Source of the DNA: a candidate division WOR-3 bacterium
GTDB taxonomy: Bacteria > Hydrothermota > Hydrothermia > JBDRYB01
Direction of reading: 5' to 3'
DNA length: 64,000 nucleotides
Assembly: GCA_039803205.1 (NCBI GenBank)
Contig: JBDRYB010000007.1
Location: 9,152-73,151, forward strand
Shown: positions 27,637 through 37,112 of the stretch, one piece after another
Position numbering within the stretch: position 1 is the first letter of the stretch
Layout: the number at the start of each line of letters is the position of its first letter
Notes under the pieces: generated by a model
Databases searched by the model: none
What the model was told of the DNA's origin: nothing
Seen by the model: only the letters and a program-made list of their open reading frames with translations
Position numbers and translations under genes: made by a program

Positions 27637-29340
27637 ATGTTTATCATCATGTGTCTCATATCCCAGACATACTGGGATGACAACTCAAGGGCGGATTTCC
27701 TTGGAGGGTCTGAGTTGTGGTATGCTGGTAGCTCTGAGAGGGTCTCTGGTCTAGGGGTCAATTTCTGGGCCTCTTCTTCTGGTCTAAGGGTTCTCGGCCA
27801 GGATTACGATCTGAACAACGATGCCTCTCTGGACGAGGCTGTTTTTGGAGCCGCGGCGAACACAGCGAGGATCCTCTACGGCCCTGGATTCGGCACTGAC
27901 ACGAGGTTCACAACCTCCTCAGCTGAGGGAATGGGAGTAGCTGATCTGAACGGGAATGGCGTTCCTGATGTTGTTGTCGGCGAGCAGTGGGGTTCCCAGA
28001 GCTACATATATTGGGACATGAACCCTGCATCGGTGACCCAACTTGGTTTTGGAGGAGCGTGCTACGGTGTTGCTATAGGGGATCTGAACAAGGATGGTTC
28101 GCTGGATTTGGTCCTCGCTGGCTATGGCGGTGTTCAGAGCAAGATATACTGGGGGCCGTGCTACACGACATATCAGGCGTTTGATAATGCCGACTCCTGG
28201 GACCCATTTGTGGCGGACCTCAACCTTGATGGGTATCCGGATATCGTCCTTCCGAGGCCTCTGTCCACCATCAAGATATTCTGGGGCCCTGGTTTCACGA
28301 GTTCCCAGGATATAGCCTTCTCAAGCACAAAGGCCGCGGCTGTTGCTGATTTGAACGCGGATGGCTGGCCAGATGTTGCTCTCGGCTCATATTCGGAAGG
28401 TGTTAGAGTGTATTTTGGCCCAGGCTTCTCCTCCTATTGGGCACTGGCCGGCATGACTAATGTGCAGGACCTTGAGATTGAGGATGCGGACGGAGATGGT
28501 TATCTGGACCTTGTCGCTTCCGGGGGCTCGGACGGCAAGGCGAGGATATGGTGGGGGCCAGCCCTTGTCAGCTTCACCGATGTCTCAGCCGCAGCCGGTG
28601 ACGGGGTTGATCTGCTGGACCTTGATAATGACGGGGATCTTGATATCGCAACCTCTTCTGGCACCTCATCCTTTTACATATACCGGAACAACGGCTCAAG
28701 GAGCTTCTCCTTGTGGCAGAACATCTCTCTACCCTCATGGGGAGGGGCTTATGTTGACCTCAGGAAATACGAGGAGATAGGAAATGCGTATACCAGAACC
28801 CCCTCTTTCGTCTACCTCTCCAGGATATTCACGGGATCCTCGGCATACAGGATGGACTCGCTGAGGTGGTGGGCATCTGTTCCCTCAGGAATGACGCTGA
28901 GGCTGTGGCTCCGCGCCTCAGACGATCAGACCACCTGGACCTCTTGGAAAGAGGTGTATAACGGCCAGGGCATCACTGACCCGGATTTCTTCTGCAGGAG
29001 GTTCTACCAGTATTCCGCTCTGGTAACAACGGATGGCAGAAGGACATCGGAATTTCACCTGGATTCATTGAGGCTCTATTACACTGATTGCGCTATAGGG
29101 CTTGATGAGTTCGGCCCGGCTGATTATCTGGTAATCAATGGCGGCCTCGCATACCTGAATGTCGTTGCCGAATGCGGTTATCTCCTGGTCTACGATATAA
29201 CCGGCAGACCAATCAAGGAATTCCACCTTGCTCGCGGGAAACACGCCATAGCTTGGGCCGAGGGGCTTCCCTCAGGCCTATACATCCTAATAGCTAGATA
29301 CGATGGCACAGAGAGAGTAAAATCGGCTTTCGTGAGATAA
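27637..29340 (+). CDS. Secreted FG-GAP/VCBS repeat protein with T9SS-type C-terminal domain
   Basis: About seven DLNxDGxxD...IxWGP repeats; C-terminal VYDITGRPI...LPSGLYIL. Confidence 0.85.
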   Translation: MFIIMCLISQTYWDDNSRADFLGGSELWYAGSSERVSGLGVNFWASSSGLRVLGQDYDLNNDASLDEAVFGAAANTARILYGPGFGTDTRFTTSSAEGMGVADLNGNGVPDVVVGEQWGSQSYIYWDMNPASVTQLGFGGACYGVAIGDLNKDGSLDLVLAGYGGVQSKIYWGPCYTTYQAFDNADSWDPFVADLNLDGYPDIVLPRPLSTIKIFWGPGFTSSQDIAFSSTKAAAVADLNADGWPDVALGSYSEGVRVYFGPGFSSYWALAGMTNVQDLEIEDADGDGYLDLVASGGSDGKARIWWGPALVSFTDVSAAAGDGVDLLDLDNDGDLDIATSSGTSSFYIYRNNGSRSFSLWQNISLPSWGGAYVDLRKYEEIGNAYTRTPSFVYLSRIFTGSSAYRMDSLRWWASVPSGMTLRLWLRASDDQTTWTSWKEVYNGQGITDPDFFCRRFYQYSALVTTDGRRTSEFHLDSLRLYYTDCAIGLDEFGPADYLVINGGLAYLNVVAECGYLLVYDITGRPIKEFHLARGKHAIAWAEGLPSGLYILIARYDGTERVKSAFVR

Positions 29341-29402
29341 GGGCTGGCCCTGTCTTTGAATCCTGGAACCCAAGCGGGGGAGAGCTTTAGAATATTCGGG
29401 TT

Positions 29403-29960
29403 ATGCTTGAGGAGATCTACAAGGACGCCAGGGATCGTATGTCAAGGTCAACCGAGGCATTCAAGCAAGAGCTAGGCAGGATAAGGACAGGAAGAGCTTC
29501 TCCCCAGATACTTGAGGGCGTAAGGGTTGATGCATATGGTTCCAGCATACCCCTGAACCAGGTAGCCACCATATCAGTTCCAGAACCCAGGCTCCTTGTT
29601 CTTTCCGTGTGGGACAAGTCCCTGGTTGGGGAGGTTGAGAGGGCCATATTGAAATCCGGCCTCGGCCTCAACCCCATAATACAGGGTTCAACCCTGCGGA
29701 TTCCAATACCTCCCCTGAGCGAGGAACGAAGGGCCGAGATGGTGAAGCTCGTCCGAAAGATGGCGGAGGATGCCAGGATCGCCGTAAGGAACATCCGCAG
29801 GGATGCGATGGAAATGGTCAGGGACCTTGAAAAGGAGAAGGAGATATCAGAGGACGACCGCCGCACCGCTGAGACAGAGATCCAGAAGATAACCGACGAG
29901 TTCATTCAGAAGATCGACAAGCTCCTCTCTGGCAAGGAAAAGGAGCTCATGGAATTTTGA
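29403..29960 (+). CDS. frr: Ribosome recycling factor
   Basis: IRTGRASP, IPPLSEERR, RIAVRNIRRDA, KEISEDD. Confidence 0.97.
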   Translation: MLEEIYKDARDRMSRSTEAFKQELGRIRTGRASPQILEGVRVDAYGSSIPLNQVATISVPEPRLLVLSVWDKSLVGEVERAILKSGLGLNPIIQGSTLRIPIPPLSEERRAEMVKLVRKMAEDARIAVRNIRRDAMEMVRDLEKEKEISEDDRRTAETEIQKITDEFIQKIDKLLSGKEKELMEF

Positions 29961-30664
29961 GCCAGATAAAGGTGCCCAGACACCTGGCCATCATAATGGA
30001 TGGCAATGGACGATGGGCAACCCAGCGCGGTCTCCCGAGGATAATGGGACACAGGGCGGGCATAGAATCCGTGAGGGAAATAGTTAGAGCCTCAAGGGAT
30101 ATCGGCGTTGAGTGGCTCACCCTTTTCACTTTCTCATCAGACAACTGGAAGAGACCTCAGGATGAGGTCTCCTTCCTGATGAGCATGCTCCGAGAGCTCC
30201 TGGCGAAGGAAACGGATGAATTGCACAGGAACGGGGTCAGGATAAGATGCATGGGAAGGATAAAGATGCTCCCCCCGGAGGTTCAGGAGGAGCTGCAAAA
30301 GGCCGTTGAAAAGACCCGGAACAACACAGCGCTCAACCTCGTTTTGGCTCTGAGCTACGGGGGCCAGGAGGAGATAGCTGACGCGGCAAGAGCCATTGCC
30401 GAGAAGGCTCTGGCCGGGGAGATTGATCCGGGAAAGATAGACGAGGATGGCTTCCGGAGCTTTCTCTACATCCCTGATATGCCTCCAGTTGACCTTTTGA
30501 TCAGGACCTCAATGGAGCTGAGGGTTTCAAATTTCATGCTCTGGCAGATAGCCTACGCGGAGCTCTATTTCACAGAGACCCTTTGGCCCGATTTCAGGAA
30601 ACCCGAATTGCTCAAGGCCATAGAGGATTTCAGCAGGAGGGAGAGGAGGTTCGGGGGAATCTGA
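29957..30664 (+). CDS. uppS: Undecaprenyl diphosphate synthase (cis-prenyltransferase)
   Basis: PRHLAIIMDGNGRWA, FSSDNWKRP, DLLIRTS, SNFMLWQ, RRFGG. Confidence 0.96.
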   Translation: MSQIKVPRHLAIIMDGNGRWATQRGLPRIMGHRAGIESVREIVRASRDIGVEWLTLFTFSSDNWKRPQDEVSFLMSMLRELLAKETDELHRNGVRIRCMGRIKMLPPEVQEELQKAVEKTRNNTALNLVLALSYGGQEEIADAARAIAEKALAGEIDPGKIDEDGFRSFLYIPDMPPVDLLIRTSMELRVSNFMLWQIAYAELYFTETLWPDFRKPELLKAIEDFSRRERRFGGI

Positions 30665-30669
30665 TCCCC

Positions 30670-31644
30670 TTATTTATCCAGGTGTTCTTTCCTATACCAC
30701 GCTATTGTTCTCTCAAGGCCTTCAACCAGGCTTATTTTCGGTTCATAGCCCAGAATCCCCTTCATCTTTGAGATGTCAGGCACACGACGCCTGGGATCCT
30801 CGTAGTTCTTTGTGAAAGAAGAATACGGCACGAACCTCATTCTTGGCTCCCCCCGAAAGCCGGAGAGCCTGTGCATGAGCCGGGCGAGGTCCGCTATGCT
30901 TATCTCCTCAGGGTTTCCTATGTTTATTATCTCTCCCCCTGCCTCGGGCGTTGTTATTGCCCTAAGGGTTGCTTCTGCCGCTTCCTCAACATATATGAAG
31001 CACCTGGTCTGTTTCCCATCCCCGTGAAGCTCTATCTCCTTTCCCTTGAATATGGCATCCAGGAAGACCCCCTGGGGTCCTCCCCACCAGTTGAGGTATT
31101 GCCTCGGGCCATATGTGCCAAAATAGCGCAATATAACATAATCAAGCCCAAATTCGTCCCCGTATGCAATCGTGAGGTGCTCATCGTATATCTTTGAGAC
31201 AGCGTATGCCCAACGCCTTGAGACCGAGGGGCCGAGAACCAGGTCCCCGTCCTCCCTGAATGGCTGATCCGGACTCTTACCGTAGACATCAGAGGTTGAG
31301 GCAAGAATGAACCTCGCCCCTCTTTCCTTGGCGAGATCAAGCGCGTTGATGGTCGCCCTTGTATTGAGGGTAAGCGTCTTCAGCGCGCTCTCATACCTGG
31401 GTATCTTGTGTGCAACTAGGTGAACAACCGCTTCGGTCTCCGGAACCAGCTCAAAGAGCCTCTCCCGGTTCAGGACATCCTCTTGGTAAAAGGCAAATCC
31501 CTTCTCTCCTTCATGACCAGCGATGTTCTCTCGCCTGCCCTTTGAGAGGTTGTCGATCACCAGGGTCTCGTGCCCTGATCTCATCAGGACATCAACCAGG
31601 TGCGAACCGATGAAACCCGCTCCACCAAGGACTGTTATCCTCAC
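30670..31644 (-). CDS. NAD-dependent nucleotide-sugar epimerase/dehydratase (extended SDR)
   Basis: GGAGFIGSHL, ASTSDVYGK, RWAYAVSK, YGPRQ, DGKQTRCF, RRVPD; TATACT 7 nt before GTG. Confidence 0.9.
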   Translation of the reverse strand: MRITVLGGAGFIGSHLVDVLMRSGHETLVIDNLSKGRRENIAGHEGEKGFAFYQEDVLNRERLFELVPETEAVVHLVAHKIPRYESALKTLTLNTRATINALDLAKERGARFILASTSDVYGKSPDQPFREDGDLVLGPSVSRRWAYAVSKIYDEHLTIAYGDEFGLDYVILRYFGTYGPRQYLNWWGGPQGVFLDAIFKGKEIELHGDGKQTRCFIYVEEAAEATLRAITTPEAGGEIINIGNPEEISIADLARLMHRLSGFRGEPRMRFVPYSSFTKNYEDPRRRVPDISKMKGILGYEPKISLVEGLERTIAWYRKEHLDK

Positions 31645-31733
31645 AATGAAAAGTATAATGGCTCCGCTTGCTCCTCTGCCTGTTGTTCATATCTTTCACC
31701 GGCCCATGGCCGTGTATTAAAATCTATGGCCTA

Positions 31734-32624
31734 GTGAACGAGAAGCTGGCTGGATATTGGAGCCAGAGGCGAGACCTCATTGACAGGGCAATTGACGAAA
31801 TCCTCACCCCGACCGATGGCCCTGGAGCCAGGCTCGTAGAGGCAATGCGCTATAGCCTCATGGCCGGTGGCAAGCGCCTGAGGCCCATACTCGCTATAAT
31901 GGGCTACGAGCTCTGCGGAGGCCACGATCTCAAAGAGGTCTTGCCGGTTGCTCTCGCTCTTGAGTTCATTCACACCTTTTCCCTCATACACGACGACCTC
32001 CCAGCCATAGACAACGACGATACTAGGCGCGGGGTCCCCACATCCCACAGAAAATTCGGTGAGGCTATGGCCATACTTGCCGGAGATGCGCTTTTGGCAG
32101 AGGCTTTTGCGCTTCTTGCTGGATCCGGCCTCTCGCCTGAGATAAACTGTTCCGTTCTCAGAGAGATCACGAGAGCAATAGGGTTATCCGGGGTTATAGC
32201 CGGGGAGGTAGCGGATGTCCTGGCTGAAAAGGAGGCCTGGGAACCTTCCCCAGAACTAGTGAGGTTTATACACACGAAAAAGACAGCATCTCTGATATCA
32301 GCCTCCCTGGCCTCAGGCGCGATCGTTGCCCGTGGTGACCGTGAAATCGTTGATTTCCTGAGAGAACAGGGGCTCAGGCTTGGCCTGTTGTTCCAAATTA
32401 CGGATGACATACTTGATGTGGTTGGGGACGAGAGATCGGTTGGAAAGGACCTGCGCAAAGACGAGAAAAAGGTTACCTGGATAAGGGTGTTCGGGCTTGA
32501 GGCCGCGAGGGCAGAAGCCATAAGGTTTTCAGAGGAGATCTCCTCAGCGCTCTCCCAAAGGTTTGGGGAACGGGCCTGGGCACTTTGCGAGCTCGTTTCC
32601 TTCATAGCACGGAGGGAATATTGA
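31734..32624 (+). CDS. ispA: Short-chain trans-polyprenyl diphosphate synthase (FPP/GGPP)
   Basis: GGKRLRP, HTFSLIHDDLPAIDNDDTRRG, LAGDALL, KKTA, FQITDDILD. Confidence 0.88.
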   Translation: MNEKLAGYWSQRRDLIDRAIDEILTPTDGPGARLVEAMRYSLMAGGKRLRPILAIMGYELCGGHDLKEVLPVALALEFIHTFSLIHDDLPAIDNDDTRRGVPTSHRKFGEAMAILAGDALLAEAFALLAGSGLSPEINCSVLREITRAIGLSGVIAGEVADVLAEKEAWEPSPELVRFIHTKKTASLISASLASGAIVARGDREIVDFLREQGLRLGLLFQITDDILDVVGDERSVGKDLRKDEKKVTWIRVFGLEAARAEAIRFSEEISSALSQRFGERAWALCELVSFIARREY

Positions 32625-33061
32625 CCGAGGTCAAGAGGTTCTTCACGAACACCATAATATGGGTTCCAATTCTGGCTATGATCATAGCCCAAGCGATAAA
32701 GTGCATCGTATATTCGGTAGCTGGCAGGCGTCTTGACCTCAGCTGGCTCTTCCAGACCGGAGGCATGCCGTCATCCCACTCTGCTTTGGTCTCTGCCCTC
32801 ACGATCAAGGTTGGCTTCAGGTCGGGCTTTGATAGCCCTTTGTTTGCTATTGCCTTCATCCTAGCGCTGATCGTGATGTATGATGCGGCCGGAGTAAGAA
32901 GGGCAATGGGGAAGCAGGCTAGACTGTTGAACATCATGGTTGATGAGGTATCCAAAGGAAGGCCTGTATCCGAGGAGCGAATGAGGGAGTTCCTAGGCCA
33001 TACCCCACTGGAGGTATTCGTGGGCGCTGTTCTCGGCATAATCATCGCTATACTGCTGTGA
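32621..33061 (+). CDS. Divergent PAP2 family membrane protein (DUF212)
   Basis: AQAIK, TGGMPSSHSA, VMYDAAGVRR, LGHTPLEV; TTGA overlap, SD GGAGGG. Confidence 0.92.
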   Translation: MTEVKRFFTNTIIWVPILAMIIAQAIKCIVYSVAGRRLDLSWLFQTGGMPSSHSALVSALTIKVGFRSGFDSPLFAIAFILALIVMYDAAGVRRAMGKQARLLNIMVDEVSKGRPVSEERMREFLGHTPLEVFVGAVLGIIIAILL

Positions 33062-33064
33062 GAA

Positions 33065-33712
33065 ATGTTTGACATAACCGGCATCCTCTTATCTCTGCCA
33101 GCGGTCCTCCTGGCCCTCACGGTTCACGAGTACTTTCACGCCTGGACCGCTTTCAGGCTAGGGGATCCAACCGCGAGGAACGCTGGGCGGCTCACCCTAA
33201 ACCCACTGAAGCACCTTGACCCTGTCGGTTTTATCCTCATACTAGTAGCCAGGGTTGGATGGGCAAAACCCGTTCCGGTTAATCCAGCCTACTTCAGGAG
33301 CCCCGCGGGCGGCCTCGCGCTCACTTCTCTGGCTGGACCTCTTTCCAACCTCGGCCTCGCTATACTCTCTGGCCTCGCTTTCAGGGGACTCAACCTGGTT
33401 ATGGGCGAGGTAAGCCTTTGGAGGGAGTTTATTGGCCCCATGCTCGCCATAAGCGTTATAATCAACATAGCCTTGGCCTTCTTCAACCTGATACCCCTTC
33501 CCCCTTTGGATGGTTTCGCCATCCTTGCCTATTTCTTTCCCCGGGTGGGATACAATCTTGGTTTCATAAGGGCGGGGCCATACATACTCATGGGCCTAAT
33601 AATGCTCGGGTTTTTCTTGCCAATAAGCCCTCTGGGGCTTTATCTCGCGCCCTTTCTATACATAGGGACATGGCTCCTTCTCGGTGCCCCTATGGGGTTA
33701 TTTGGAGGATAG
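33065..33712 (+). CDS. Site-2 protease (M50), YwhC-like
   Basis: HEYFH, GDPTA..GRLTLNPLKHLD, AGPLSN, FNLIPLPPLDG. Confidence 0.93.
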   Translation: MFDITGILLSLPAVLLALTVHEYFHAWTAFRLGDPTARNAGRLTLNPLKHLDPVGFILILVARVGWAKPVPVNPAYFRSPAGGLALTSLAGPLSNLGLAILSGLAFRGLNLVMGEVSLWREFIGPMLAISVIINIALAFFNLIPLPPLDGFAILAYFFPRVGYNLGFIRAGPYILMGLIMLGFFLPISPLGLYLAPFLYIGTWLLLGAPMGLFGG

Positions 33713-33715
33713 CAT

Positions 33716-34693
33716 ATGGGCATACGCGTAAAAAGCCTTTCCGCTTATGTTCCAGGAAACATCGTCAGGAACCAAGACTTTGAGCGGTTCCTCGACACAT
33801 CAGATGAGTGGATAACCGAGCGAACCGGCATAAAGGAACGGAGGATAGCCTCTCCTGATGAGGCCGCCTCGGACCTCGGAGCCAAGGCCGCGGTGAGGGC
33901 GCTTGAAAAGGCCGGGCTTGACCCTAAGGAGGTAGACCTACTCATTGCGGCCACATCATCTCCGGATCATCTTTTCCCCTCAACCGCTTGCCTCATTCAG
34001 GACAAAATAGGCGCCACAAAAGCCGCACCCTTTGATGTGTCAGCGGGTTGCCCGGGTTTTGTTTTCGGCCTTGAGATAGCTCGGGGAATGCTCATGTCAG
34101 GGAACTACAAGAAAGCCCTGGTTGTTGGGACGGAGTGCTTAACGAGGATAATGGATTTCACGGATAGGTCGACCTGCGTTCTCTTTGGAGACGGTGCTGG
34201 GGCCGCAATCCTGGAGGATGATCCCATGCGCGAGGGCATATTGTCAGCCTACCTGGGCGGCGACGGCTCTTTGGGCAATTTGCTCATGCTTCCTGCAGGA
34301 GGCTCAAGGCTCCCTGCTTCCGAGGAAACCCTCAGGAATCGTCTCCACTACACAAAGATGGAGGGCCAAGAGGTTTTCAGGAACGCAGTGAGGGCCATGC
34401 GCGACGCGGCTCTCGTGACCCTGAAGAGGGCAGGCGTGAAACCAGAGGAGCTGGATTGGCTTGTCCCTCATCAGGCCAATACTCGTATAATAGAAGCCAC
34501 GAGGGAGCGTCTTAAACTGCCGCCGGAGAAGGTCTATGTCAACATAGAGCGTTTTGGAAACACATCAGCCGCATCCATACCCATAGCCCTTTGGGAGATG
34601 GAGGAGAAAGGGTTGCTGAAGGAGGGCCATCTGGTCCTCGCGGTTGCTTTCGGCGCGGGATTCGTGTGGGGAGGGATGCTCCTGAGATGGTGA
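33716..34693 (+). CDS. fabH: Beta-ketoacyl-ACP synthase III
   Basis: DTSDEWITERTGIKERR, AGCPGF, LFGDGAGA, PHQAN, GNTSAASIP, FGAGFVWG. Confidence 0.96.
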   Translation: MGIRVKSLSAYVPGNIVRNQDFERFLDTSDEWITERTGIKERRIASPDEAASDLGAKAAVRALEKAGLDPKEVDLLIAATSSPDHLFPSTACLIQDKIGATKAAPFDVSAGCPGFVFGLEIARGMLMSGNYKKALVVGTECLTRIMDFTDRSTCVLFGDGAGAAILEDDPMREGILSAYLGGDGSLGNLLMLPAGGSRLPASEETLRNRLHYTKMEGQEVFRNAVRAMRDAALVTLKRAGVKPEELDWLVPHQANTRIIEATRERLKLPPEKVYVNIERFGNTSAASIPIALWEMEEKGLLKEGHLVLAVAFGAGFVWGGMLLRW

Positions 34694-35676
34694 GGGTTTG
34701 GCCTGAGACGGTTGAGCTCGGCTACGGTGCCCTCAAGAGGCTCAAGGACATAGCTTTATCCGTTGGCAAGAGCCCATTTGTCCTTTCCGGGCCCGGAAGG
34801 AGCAAGGAGATATGCGAGAGGTTCGCGAAACCTTCCTTTATTGTATCCGAGAGCACCCGTCGCATCGTCCAGGAGGCAAAAAACCTGCTATCTTCTTTTG
34901 ATAGCATTGTCGCGATAGGTGGGGGCAAGGCTGTTGATGTGGGAAAGATGGTTTCCGATGAGACAGGCCTCCCCTTGGTAAGCGCCCCAACCGTCCTGTC
35001 CGGAGATGGTATAGCCTCGCCCATTGCGGTTATAGATGGAACAAGCCACAAGGTCTCTGTTCCGGTTGCTCTGGTATGTGACCTTGAGGTGATCTCCGAC
35101 GCGCCCAAAAGGCACAATTCTGCTGGTGCGGGCGATCTTCTCTCAAACATATCCTCAGCGTGGGATTGGAGGAGGGCACACGAGCTCGGGAAGGATAACG
35201 ATTTCAACGGCCTTGCCGCGGCGATGAGCGAGATGGGAGCGCTTGCCCTGCTTTCAGAAGAACCAGAGCTCATGTGCTCTGACACGCTGAGGACCCTTTG
35301 CGAGGGACTGCTTCTCTCGGGCGCGGCCATGGCGCTCGCGGGGAGCTCAAAGCCCTCATCCGGTTCCGAACACAAGATAAGCCACGCGATTGATAAGCTT
35401 TTCGGGGGCCGAGGCCTGCACGGGGAACAGGTAGCGCTCGCCTCCGTCTTCACCACATACCTTCAGGCAAACTCCCACAGGGAGGCCATGCTCTCGTTCT
35501 TCCAGAAGCTTGGCCTGCCAACAAAACCAGAGGACATAGGTCTTTCTTTTGCTGATTTTGCGAGGTGTGTGGATGCGGCCCCTTCTACAAGGCCCGACCG
35601 GTTCACCATCCTGGAGGAAATGGCCCCCTCCGGAACCCAGCTTGTTGGCCTCGTTAAGAGAGCATACCTCTCCTGA
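34687..35676 (+). CDS. egsA: sn-glycerol-1-phosphate dehydrogenase family (EgsA/AraM-like)
   Basis: IGGGKAVDVGK, PT.LS.DGIASP, GAGDLLSN...WDW, GSSKPSSGSEHKISHA, HGEQV, C-terminal RPDRFTIL; overlaps fabH stop. Confidence 0.8.
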   Translation: MVRVWPETVELGYGALKRLKDIALSVGKSPFVLSGPGRSKEICERFAKPSFIVSESTRRIVQEAKNLLSSFDSIVAIGGGKAVDVGKMVSDETGLPLVSAPTVLSGDGIASPIAVIDGTSHKVSVPVALVCDLEVISDAPKRHNSAGAGDLLSNISSAWDWRRAHELGKDNDFNGLAAAMSEMGALALLSEEPELMCSDTLRTLCEGLLLSGAAMALAGSSKPSSGSEHKISHAIDKLFGGRGLHGEQVALASVFTTYLQANSHREAMLSFFQKLGLPTKPEDIGLSFADFARCVDAAPSTRPDRFTILEEMAPSGTQLVGLVKRAYLS

Positions 35677-35679
35677 GGC

Positions 35680-35758
35680 CTTGTCCGGCAAGGGTTTAGG
35701 TCTATGGCCTTGCAGGGGCTATGCTTCCGCCAAACTACTTGTCCGGCAAGGGCTTAGG
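35680..35758. repeat. Two 21-bp direct repeats CTTGTCCGGCAAGGG(T/C)TTAGG, each with an internal palindrome, upstream of dnaA
   Basis: 35680-35700 and 35738-35758, one mismatch, 58-bp period; CTTG-N5-CAAG dyad. Confidence 0.85.
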
Positions 35759-35763
35759 GGGCC

Positions 35764-35793
35764 TTGAGTCGCGTCGCGCGGGTATCCTATACT
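35764..35793 (+). promoter_or_regulatory. dnaA promoter TTGAGT-N18-TATACT, 8 nt before ATG
   Basis: Hexamers at 35764-35769 and 35788-35793. Confidence 0.6.
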
Positions 35794-35801
35794 TTGGCGC
35801 T

Positions 35802-37079
35802 ATGAGCATCCTGCCCCGTGTCCTCTCCCTTATAAGGGAAACCGTTTCCCCTCAGATATACGAGACCTGGTTCTCGGCCATAAGGGATATAACCGTGGAG
35901 GCCGGGGTCGCTGTCGTAACGGTTCCTGACCAGTTCTTCGCTGATTGGTTATCAGCCAGACACCTCCAGGCCCTCACAGAGGCAATAGCCAAGGCCACGG
36001 GTGAGAGGCTTGCCATAGAGTTTAGGGTTGCTGAGCCCCGACCGCTCCCTGACCGCGGGGATCGTCAGAGGCAAAGCCCAGGCCTAATACCGCGCTTCAC
36101 CCTTGCCGCTTTTCTCATCCTTTCCCATAACCGTTTCCCCTGCGCGGCCATAAAGAGGTTCATAGAGAACGACGGAGGAGGGATACTCACCCTAGTCGGG
36201 CCCCCCGGGGCTGGGAAGACCCACCTGGCGAACGCGGCTGGCCACCTCTGTCTGAGCCTGAATCCCCATGCCAAAGTCAGATATGCGCGAGCAGAGCCTT
36301 TCTTCAACTCGCTTCTCTCATCAATAAGGGAGAAGAGCGTTGGCGCGTTCAAAAAGAGCTTCAGAAACCTGGATCTCCTCATTCTTGACGACTTCCAGTT
36401 TGTCAAAGGAAAGACCCTTCTGATGGAGGAATTGATCCACATGATTGATTCCCTCCTACTGAAGGACAAAAAGGTCATCGTGGTCTCTGGGATTCACCCT
36501 AAGGAGCTTGGGCTCTCTGAATCCCTTTTATCAAGGCTCATGGGAGGGCTCCTGGTTGAGATCTCCGAGCCTGGGCCGAAGGACAGGGAGCGCTTTCTGA
36601 GAACAACCCTTGAGGCAAAAGGTATCCCAGTTGAACCCGAAGTCATAACACATGTGGCCCAGAACTGCCGGGGCGCGATTAGGGAGCTGGAGGGAGTCGT
36701 CCAGAGGCTCTGGGCTTATCATTCCTTGGTGGGAGGACCGATTGGAGTTGAATCAGCGAAAGCGATCCTCGCTGATATGATGGTCATCAAAACCCCTGCC
36801 CAGATTGCAATTGAGCGCGTTATTGACTTCATGGGGGTTTCCCGTTCCGAATTGCTATCGGGGTCCCGGCGCAGGAGGGTCTCATTAGCCAGGCACCTCA
36901 TAGCGTATATCCTAAGGGAGGATCTCGGCCTTCCGCTTGAGGAGGCGGCCGAGGCACTTGGAGGGATTCACCACACCGCGATCCTATACGCTACAAACCG
37001 GGTAAGATCCGATCCCAAGCTCCTGAGCCTTGCTAGGAAGCTTTGGGGGGAGATCAGAGAACAGCGCTCCTCTGAATAG
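35802..37079 (+). CDS. dnaA: DnaA-family replication initiator (divergent; possibly a paralog)
   Basis: Domain I YETWF...VPDQFFADWL; Walker A GPPGAGKTHL; DLLILDDFQF; LLSRL.GGL; IRELEG; domain IV ARHLIAY...GGIHHTAILYA. Confidence 0.85.
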   Translation: MSILPRVLSLIRETVSPQIYETWFSAIRDITVEAGVAVVTVPDQFFADWLSARHLQALTEAIAKATGERLAIEFRVAEPRPLPDRGDRQRQSPGLIPRFTLAAFLILSHNRFPCAAIKRFIENDGGGILTLVGPPGAGKTHLANAAGHLCLSLNPHAKVRYARAEPFFNSLLSSIREKSVGAFKKSFRNLDLLILDDFQFVKGKTLLMEELIHMIDSLLLKDKKVIVVSGIHPKELGLSESLLSRLMGGLLVEISEPGPKDRERFLRTTLEAKGIPVEPEVITHVAQNCRGAIRELEGVVQRLWAYHSLVGGPIGVESAKAILADMMVIKTPAQIAIERVIDFMGVSRSELLSGSRRRRVSLARHLIAYILREDLGLPLEEAAEALGGIHHTAILYATNRVRSDPKLLSLARKLWGEIREQRSSE

Positions 37080-37112
37080 GGGTCTTAGAGGTATACCCTC
37101 GCCAAAACCGTT

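Noticed and set aside
31734..32624. Archaeal-type GGPP synthase
   Set aside because: The first Asp-rich motif has the bacterial two-residue insertion (DDLPAID) with an aromatic residue at -5, which fits IspA-type FPP synthases.
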